Assembly (NCBI GenBank): GCA_041665505.1
Contig: JBAYIR010000001.1
Span: 147,108 to 211,107, forward strand
Length of the DNA: 64,000 nt
Direction: 5' to 3'
From: Patescibacteria group bacterium
GTDB taxonomy: Bacteria; Patescibacteriota; Patescibacteriia; UBA1558; GWA2-36-10
In this document: positions 57,936 to 64,000 of the stretch, one piece after another
How positions within the stretch are numbered: position 1 is the first letter of the stretch
How the letters are laid out: the number at the start of each line of letters is the position of its first letter
Program-made: the position numbers and the translations under genes
Notes under the pieces: model-generated
Databases searched by the model: none
Seen by the model: the letters and a program-made list of their open reading frames with translations, nothing else
What the model was told of the DNA's origin: nothing

Positions 57936-58949
57936 ATGTTTATAAAGAAAATCGGGATAGATTTGGGGACTACTTATACTTTGGTCTATATTCCAAAGAG
58001 AGGTATTGTCATTCATGAGCCATCAGTAGTGGCTATTTCTGTTTTGGATAAAAAAGTTTTAGCGGTCGGTGATGAAGCCAAAGAAATGATTGGTCGTACT
58101 CCTGATTCTATTATTGCTGTCAGACCACTCAAAGATGGTGTCATTGCTGATTATCGCACTACTGAAAGCATGCTCAAATATTTTATAAACAAAGCCGTTG
58201 GTGGTATGAAAATATTCCGTCCAGAGGTTATGATTGCTGTGCCAGCTGGTATTACTTCTACTGAAAGAAGAGCGGTAATAGATGCTACTTTAAATGCTGG
58301 AGCCAAAGCGGCTTATATCATCAAAGAGCCTATTGCAGCGGCTATTGGAGCTGATATACCTATTGGCTCTCCTTCTGGGCATATGATTGTTGATATGGGT
58401 GGTGGTACTAGTGAAATTGCTGTTATTTCATTAGGAGGGATAGTAGCTAATACTTCTGTGAGAATTGGTGGAAATAAATATGATACGGCCATTGCTGAAT
58501 ATATAAAGAAAAAATATAATATGGCTATTGGAGAGCGCACGGCTGAAGAAGTAAAAATTAAAATTGGTAGTGCGCAATTTTTACCCAAAGAAGAAAGATT
58601 GAGTATGGATATTAAGGGAAGGGATATGATTTCAGGTTTGCCACGCACTATTAAAGTGACCTCAGATGATGTCACAGAAGCTCTACAAAACGAATTACAA
58701 GGTCTAATTGCCGCTGTAAAGTCTGTCCTTTATCAAACACCGCCTGAACTTTCAGCTGATATTATGGATAAGGGAATGGTTTTATCAGGTGGTACATCAC
58801 TCTTAAGAAATATGGATAGATTATTAAGTCAGGCTACGGGGGTACCAGCTTATGTAGCTGATGATGCCTTACTTTGTGTAGCTCGTGGCACAGGGATTGC
58901 TTTGGAAAATTTGGAATCATATAAGCGCAGTATATTATCGGCTAAATAA
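57936..58949 (+). CDS. mreB: Second MreB/Mbl paralog
   Basis: IGIDLGT, RPLKDGVIAD, DMGGGTSE. Confidence 0.93.
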   Translation: MFIKKIGIDLGTTYTLVYIPKRGIVIHEPSVVAISVLDKKVLAVGDEAKEMIGRTPDSIIAVRPLKDGVIADYRTTESMLKYFINKAVGGMKIFRPEVMIAVPAGITSTERRAVIDATLNAGAKAAYIIKEPIAAAIGADIPIGSPSGHMIVDMGGGTSEIAVISLGGIVANTSVRIGGNKYDTAIAEYIKKKYNMAIGERTAEEVKIKIGSAQFLPKEERLSMDIKGRDMISGLPRTIKVTSDDVTEALQNELQGLIAAVKSVLYQTPPELSADIMDKGMVLSGGTSLLRNMDRLLSQATGVPAYVADDALLCVARGTGIALENLESYKRSILSAK

Positions 58950-58956
58950 TAAGGCG

Positions 58957-60054
58957 ATGAAAACAGTCGGATTAGAGGTTACTCGGGCTAATAAAAATTA
59001 TAAAACTGGTACAGAGTGGTATGCTTGGCATCTACTCCAAGAATTTAAAAAATTAGACAAAACTAATAATTTTGTAATTTATTATAATAAAAATTTAGCC
59101 GGTGATCTTAAAGATGTGCCGGATAATTTTTATTTGAAATCTTTACCTTGGCCTTTTAAGAAATTTTGGACGCATCTTAGATTGGCTTGGGAATTGACTA
59201 TTAGACCAGTAGATAAATTTTTTGCCACTAATGCTTTACCTATTTTTGGTCGAGGAGAGACAATAGTTACAATTCATGATTTGGGCTTTTATAAAAATCC
59301 AGGGCTTTATCATCCTTTAGAAAGGATTTATCAAAAATTGTCTCATCAATTAGCTATCTGGCGAGCTGATAAGATTATTACTATTTCTGAGACTACTAAA
59401 CAGGATATTATTAGATATTTCCCTAGAGCCAAGAATAAAATAAAAGTAATTTATTTGGGTTATGATCATTCTTCTTTTCAGCCGATAAAATCTGAAGATA
59501 AAAAAATATTTATTGACCAACATGAATATCCAGATAAATTTTTATTATATATTGGTCGTTTGGAGAATAAAAAAAATGTTTTAAACTTAATCAAGGCTTA
59601 TCAAAAAACTAGCCGTCAGTGGCCACTAATTTTGGCTGGTCGCCCAGGCAATTATGGCTACAAGGAAATAGAGGACTTAGCTAAAAGTCCAGACTTGATA
59701 AGTGATCTAATATTGCTAGGTTATGTTAGTCAGAACAATTATCCAAAATTAATGGCTTCAGCCACTGCCTTTGTATTTCCTTCTAAGTTTGAGGGATTCG
59801 GCTTGCCAGTTTTGGAAGCTATGGCTTCTGGCGTGCCAGTAGTTTGTTCTAATATTCCCGCTTTAAAGGAAGTAGCTCAAGATGCAGCTTTATATTTTGA
59901 TCCAGATAATATTGAAGATATAGCTGAAAAAATAGAAAAGATTTTTATTGATCAAGAAGAGAGGAGTAGATTAATTGATAAAGGTTTGATAAGAGCTAAA
60001 GATTTTTCTTGGACCAAGGCAGCAAAAGAGACTTTGAAATATATTTTAGAATAA
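58957..60054 (+). CDS. GT4 glycosyltransferase
   Basis: TIHDL, FEGFGLPVLEAMASG. Confidence 0.92.
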   Translation: MKTVGLEVTRANKNYKTGTEWYAWHLLQEFKKLDKTNNFVIYYNKNLAGDLKDVPDNFYLKSLPWPFKKFWTHLRLAWELTIRPVDKFFATNALPIFGRGETIVTIHDLGFYKNPGLYHPLERIYQKLSHQLAIWRADKIITISETTKQDIIRYFPRAKNKIKVIYLGYDHSSFQPIKSEDKKIFIDQHEYPDKFLLYIGRLENKKNVLNLIKAYQKTSRQWPLILAGRPGNYGYKEIEDLAKSPDLISDLILLGYVSQNNYPKLMASATAFVFPSKFEGFGLPVLEAMASGVPVVCSNIPALKEVAQDAALYFDPDNIEDIAEKIEKIFIDQEERSRLIDKGLIRAKDFSWTKAAKETLKYILE

Positions 60055-60060
60055 TACAAA

Positions 60061-60452
60061 AAGGCCTAAATAGACCTCATAAGCCGAATTCTGTATTTCA
60101 GCAAATACTGAAATGATGATCATCTATCTAGGATTACAATCACTTGTAACCTCAAGCAGCCTACCCGTCCCCGAAGGGACCTATTTGGCCTTTCACCAGA
60201 TAGAAGTTTACCTCTTTCTACATGTCACCATGTAAACGTGTCGACTGATTATTCGACATTTTCACCCTTACCCATTCGACTCAGCCTTGCGGCTTTGCTC
60301 AGGGAGGAATATTCTCTGTTGCACTTGTCCTAACCTCAAACTCGCATTGAGGCTGGTTGGCGTTACCAACTATCTTTTTTATGGTGTTCGGACTTTCCTC
60401 TACCTATAGCTTTACGCTAAAGGTAGCAATCATCTCAGTCTATTTAGACCTT
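60061..60452 (-). ncRNA. rnpB: RNase P RNA
   Basis: Minus strand GAGGAAAGUCC near the 5' end and ACAGAAUUCGGCUUA near the 3' end; terminal P1 aaggtctaaatagac / gtctatttaggcctt. Confidence 0.95.
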
Positions 60453-60546
60453 GTGTCTATTGTGTAACAGATTTTATCAATTTTGTCAAGGAAAATAAGT
60501 AATAGATGTTTACTAAATATAAGGCAAATGATATTATATTTATACT

Positions 60547-61935
60547 ATGAAAAAAGCTAATTTTATTGTAAATATTGCTTTGGTGCCAATTGATTTTGCA
60601 ACAGTATTTTTGGCTGTTTTGTCAGCCTATTTTTTGAGATTTTCAGAGTCTATAGCTGAAATAAGGCCAGTTTTTTTTGAAATGCCTTTAAATGAATTTA
60701 TAAGTTTGACATTTAAAGTAGCCTTTTTAGCCATAGTAGTTTTTGCTTTTAGTGGCTTCTATGCCATGCGAGATAAAAAATTAGCTAGAGAATTACCAAA
60801 AATTATTAATGGTGTTTCTACTTTAGGTATTATAATAGTTTTGGCTATTTTTTGGCAAAGAGAATTATTTTCATCTCGTTTTATTATAATTTCTGCTTGG
60901 CTAATTGCTATTATTTATTTATTTATAATTAGAATAATAGTTTTTAGTATCAGAAATTATTTTTTAAAAAAAGGCTATGGTCTTTCTAAAGTGATAGTTT
61001 TGGGTAATCAGGCTAGTCGGAAAATAATAATTGATACTTATAAAAAAAATCCGCAAATTGGATTAAAAACAGTCGCCGAGTTTGATACTTTAGATGATTT
61101 AGAAAATTCTAGTGAAATAATAAGTCAGATAAATAACAAAAAAGTTGATAATATCATACAAACTGATTCTGCTATTGATAAAGATCAAGCTCTAAATTTA
61201 TTGACCTATTGTCAAGAAAATCATCTGGACTTAAAATATGTGGCTAGTCTTTTCCAGACGCAGAGTTTGCATTTGAATATAAATTCTGTGGCTGGCATTC
61301 CAATTGTAGAAATACAAGGCACCCCGCTAGATGGTTGGCGTAGAGTGTATAAAAAAATATTTGATTTATTAATAACTATTTTATTAATAACTATTTTATC
61401 ACCAGTATTTATTATTACTGCTATAGCCATTAAATTAAATTCTCCTGGTCCAATTTTTGTAAAATTAGCTAGAGTTGGTGCTAAAGGTAGAATTTTCAAA
61501 ATGTATAAATTTCGTTCTATGGTCAAAGATGCTCACATCATGAAACCAGAAATTATGCAGTATAATGAAAGAGTAGATGGGCCACTTTTTAAAATGAAAA
61601 ACGATCCTCGGGTCACTAAAATTGGTAAATTTATTCGTCGCACAAGCTTGGATGAGCTACCACAACTCTTTAATGTTTTAGGCGGTACTATGAGCTTGGT
61701 TGGCCCCAGACCACATGAACCAGAAGAAGTAGATAAATATCAAAGAGGCTATAAAAAGTTATTGTCCATTAAACCAGGTATTACTGGTATGGCTCAAGTC
61801 TCAGGTCGGGCCAATCTGGTTTTTGCTGAAGAGGCGAAATTGGATATTTTCTATATTGAAAATTGGTCAATGTTGCTTGATTTGATTATTCTATTAAAAA
61901 CACCAATAGCTATTATCAAGGGCGATCAAGGATAA
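60547..61935 (+). CDS. Polyprenyl-phosphate sugar phosphotransferase (WcaJ/CpsE family)
   Basis: [31 protein letters not shown]. Confidence 0.94.
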   Translation: MKKANFIVNIALVPIDFATVFLAVLSAYFLRFSESIAEIRPVFFEMPLNEFISLTFKVAFLAIVVFAFSGFYAMRDKKLARELPKIINGVSTLGIIIVLAIFWQRELFSSRFIIISAWLIAIIYLFIIRIIVFSIRNYFLKKGYGLSKVIVLGNQASRKIIIDTYKKNPQIGLKTVAEFDTLDDLENSSEIISQINNKKVDNIIQTDSAIDKDQALNLLTYCQENHLDLKYVASLFQTQSLHLNINSVAGIPIVEIQGTPLDGWRRVYKKIFDLLITILLITILSPVFIITAIAIKLNSPGPIFVKLARVGAKGRIFKMYKFRSMVKDAHIMKPEIMQYNERVDGPLFKMKNDPRVTKIGKFIRRTSLDELPQLFNVLGGTMSLVGPRPHEPEEVDKYQRGYKKLLSIKPGITGMAQVSGRANLVFAEEAKLDIFYIENWSMLLDLIILLKTPIAIIKGDQG

Positions 61936-61990
61936 TATTGACCACATGGTAGTGGGTGAGGGTGAAAAATAATTATTAATTTTTAATGGG

Positions 61991-63073
61991 GTGAAAAAAA
62001 TTGCTTTTGCTCATGACCATTTATTTCAGATTGGTGGCGCGGAAAAAGTTTTAGTAGCTTTAGCTAGCTTAGATCCGCAAGCACCTATTTTTACTTTGAT
62101 TAATGATTCTAAGATTAGCAGGAAAATATTAAAGCAGGAAAATATTGTTAGTTCTTATTTACAAAAAATTCCTGGTATTAGTAAGTTTTTTAAGTATTTT
62201 TTAGTATTAATGCCCAGAATTTGGGAGCGTACTGATCTCAGCGATTATAACTTAGTAATATCTTCATCTTCGGCTTTTGTTAAAGGAGTCAAAACTGGCC
62301 ATAATAACAAACATATTTGTTATTGTCATGCACCGACTAGATATTTATGGGACGATAAAGAAGAATATTTTGGCAATTTACCAGAAGGAAAGTTATTAAA
62401 AAGATTTTTGCCTAAAGTATTAAATCGTTTACAAACTTGGGATTTTTCTAAAGCGCAAGAGGTAAATTATTTTATAGCCAATTCCAATTTTATAGCTAAA
62501 AAAATAAAAAAGCATTACAAAAAAGAGGCTATAGTTATTCATCCACCAATTAGAGTAGCTGATTTTCACCTGTCCAGTGACTTGGGGGATTATTATTTAA
62601 TAGTTTCTCGTCTCAGGCCTTACAAAAGAGTAGACTTAGCTGTGGCCGCTTTTAACAATTTGAAATTGCCACTTAAGATTATTGGTAATGGTTCGGAGTT
62701 TAAAAAATTAAAGAAGATGGCCAATTCCAATATAGAATTTTTAGGTGAGTTGTCAGATCAGCAAAGGAATTATTATTTATCACGTTGTCAGGCTTTTATT
62801 TATCCTCAGATTGAGGATTTTGGTATATCAGCTTTAGAAGCTATGGCCTCTGGCCGTCCAGTTATAGCCTATGGTCAAGGTGGCGCTTTGGAGACAGTGA
62901 TAGCCAATAAAACCGGAGTATTTTTTGAAGAGCAGACTTGGGAATCACTGGCCCATAAGATATTAAGATTTGATGCTAAGAAATTTAATCCTATAATTAT
63001 TAGAGAACATGCAAAAAATTTTGATGAAGCCAAATTTAAACGCAAAATTCTTGATTTTATAGAGACCTTATGA
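61991..63073 (+). CDS. GT4 glycosyltransferase
   Basis: GGAEKV, YCHAPTRYLW, EDFGISALEAMASG. Confidence 0.93.
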   Translation: MKKIAFAHDHLFQIGGAEKVLVALASLDPQAPIFTLINDSKISRKILKQENIVSSYLQKIPGISKFFKYFLVLMPRIWERTDLSDYNLVISSSSAFVKGVKTGHNNKHICYCHAPTRYLWDDKEEYFGNLPEGKLLKRFLPKVLNRLQTWDFSKAQEVNYFIANSNFIAKKIKKHYKKEAIVIHPPIRVADFHLSSDLGDYYLIVSRLRPYKRVDLAVAAFNNLKLPLKIIGNGSEFKKLKKMANSNIEFLGELSDQQRNYYLSRCQAFIYPQIEDFGISALEAMASGRPVIAYGQGGALETVIANKTGVFFEEQTWESLAHKILRFDAKKFNPIIIREHAKNFDEAKFKRKILDFIETL

Positions 63074-64000
63074 ATATTGGGATAGACATCAGAGCTTTAG
63101 GGAATAAAAAATTGACTGGCATTGGTAAATATATTTTTTATGCCATCAATAATCTTTTAGAATTGGACAAGGAAAATAAATATTTTTTATTTAGTGCCGG
63201 TTTTAAAAAAGAGCCTTATTTTAATTTAGATTTTAATAAAGCTAATGTCAGTCATTCTCATATTTCAATTCCTAATAAGTTATTAAATTTAAATTTACTG
63301 ACGGGTTTTGGTCAAAATTTTTATCAAAAATTTTTTAAAGACATAGATATTTTTTGGATGCCAAATATAAATTTTTGTAATTTACCAAAAGATTATCCCA
63401 TGATTTTGACGGTACATGATTTGTCATTTCTCCACAGTAGAGAATTTTATTCTCTTAAGAGAAGGCGTTGGCATAAATTGGTTAATGTTGCTAAATTAGT
63501 TAAATCAGCTAATAAAATCATAGCTGTTTCTGAAAATACTAAGAGAGACTTAATTAGATTTTTCCCTTCAGCTGAAGATAAAATACATATTATAAATCCA
63601 GGTGTCCATTCGGTGCCGATGAATAGAGAGCGAGCTAGAGAGCTCTTGTCAAAATTTGATCTGCCGGAGAAATTTTTTATATATCTTGGTACATTAGAAC
63701 CACGTAAAAATATAGCTAGTATTATTAAGGCTTTTGATAAATATCATCATGACTATCCAGATGTGCATTTGGTAATTGTTGGTAAGAAAGGCTGGGTATA
63801 TAATAATTTGCTTGAACAGATAAAACTAAGACCATTTATCCATTATCTAGATTATGTAGAAAGTCCAGCTAAAGATGCTCTTTATTTTATGAGTTTAGGC
63901 CTTATTTGGCCATCATTTTATGAAGGTTTTGGTTTTCCACCAATGGAAGCCATTGCTTATCAAATACCAGTGATAGTTAGTTATAAAACATCTTTACCAG
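63070..64000 (+). CDS. GT4 glycosyltransferase, 3'-partial
   Basis: MNIGIDIR..., TVHDL, GTLEPRKN, YEGFGFPPMEA; runs off the window. Confidence 0.9.
   Translation, partial: MNIGIDIRALGNKKLTGIGKYIFYAINNLLELDKENKYFLFSAGFKKEPYFNLDFNKANVSHSHISIPNKLLNLNLLTGFGQNFYQKFFKDIDIFWMPNINFCNLPKDYPMILTVHDLSFLHSREFYSLKRRRWHKLVNVAKLVKSANKIIAVSENTKRDLIRFFPSAEDKIHIINPGVHSVPMNRERARELLSKFDLPEKFFIYLGTLEPRKNIASIIKAFDKYHHDYPDVHLVIVGKKGWVYNNLLEQIKLRPFIHYLDYVESPAKDALYFMSLGLIWPSFYEGFGFPPMEAIAYQIPVIVSYKTSLP

Noticed and set aside
53235-58949. Two mreB genes as a recent duplication
   Set aside because: The proteins are clearly divergent, and MreB/Mbl paralogs are common.

Overview
AT-rich (about one-third G+C by eye) bacterial chromosome segment using standard code 11. 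The dense gene set, archaeal-type ProRS, PEGA/SIMPL/Cys-rich surface proteins and mostly SD-less genes suggest a Patescibacteria (CPR, Parcubacteria-like) genome; this is an inference. Housekeeping content includes mutM, dus, corA, ftsEX, rpmA, lexA, murA, rplI, pyrG, pduL-ackA, recJ (with an in-frame TAG), rnhA, holB, frr, rseP, proS, mreBCD-mrdA, greA, a second mreB, RNase P RNA and glycosyltransferases. Three things stand out. (1) A ~9.9 kb element (24683-34597) is integrated at the 3' end of tRNA-Gln. It carries Rep, Xis, Type III R-M and a large serine recombinase whose C-terminus is swapped by integration, plus an uncalled 50-aa ORF resembling the recombinase's helix E. (2) A minus-strand unit (36200-37510) has three c-di-GMP-II-like riboswitch aptamers, a pseudo-receiver protein and an uncalled 21-aa Fst/Ldr-like peptide. 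(3) Several GC-rich orphan cassettes each have their own sigma70 promoter, usually a strong SD, and a GC-rich terminator.
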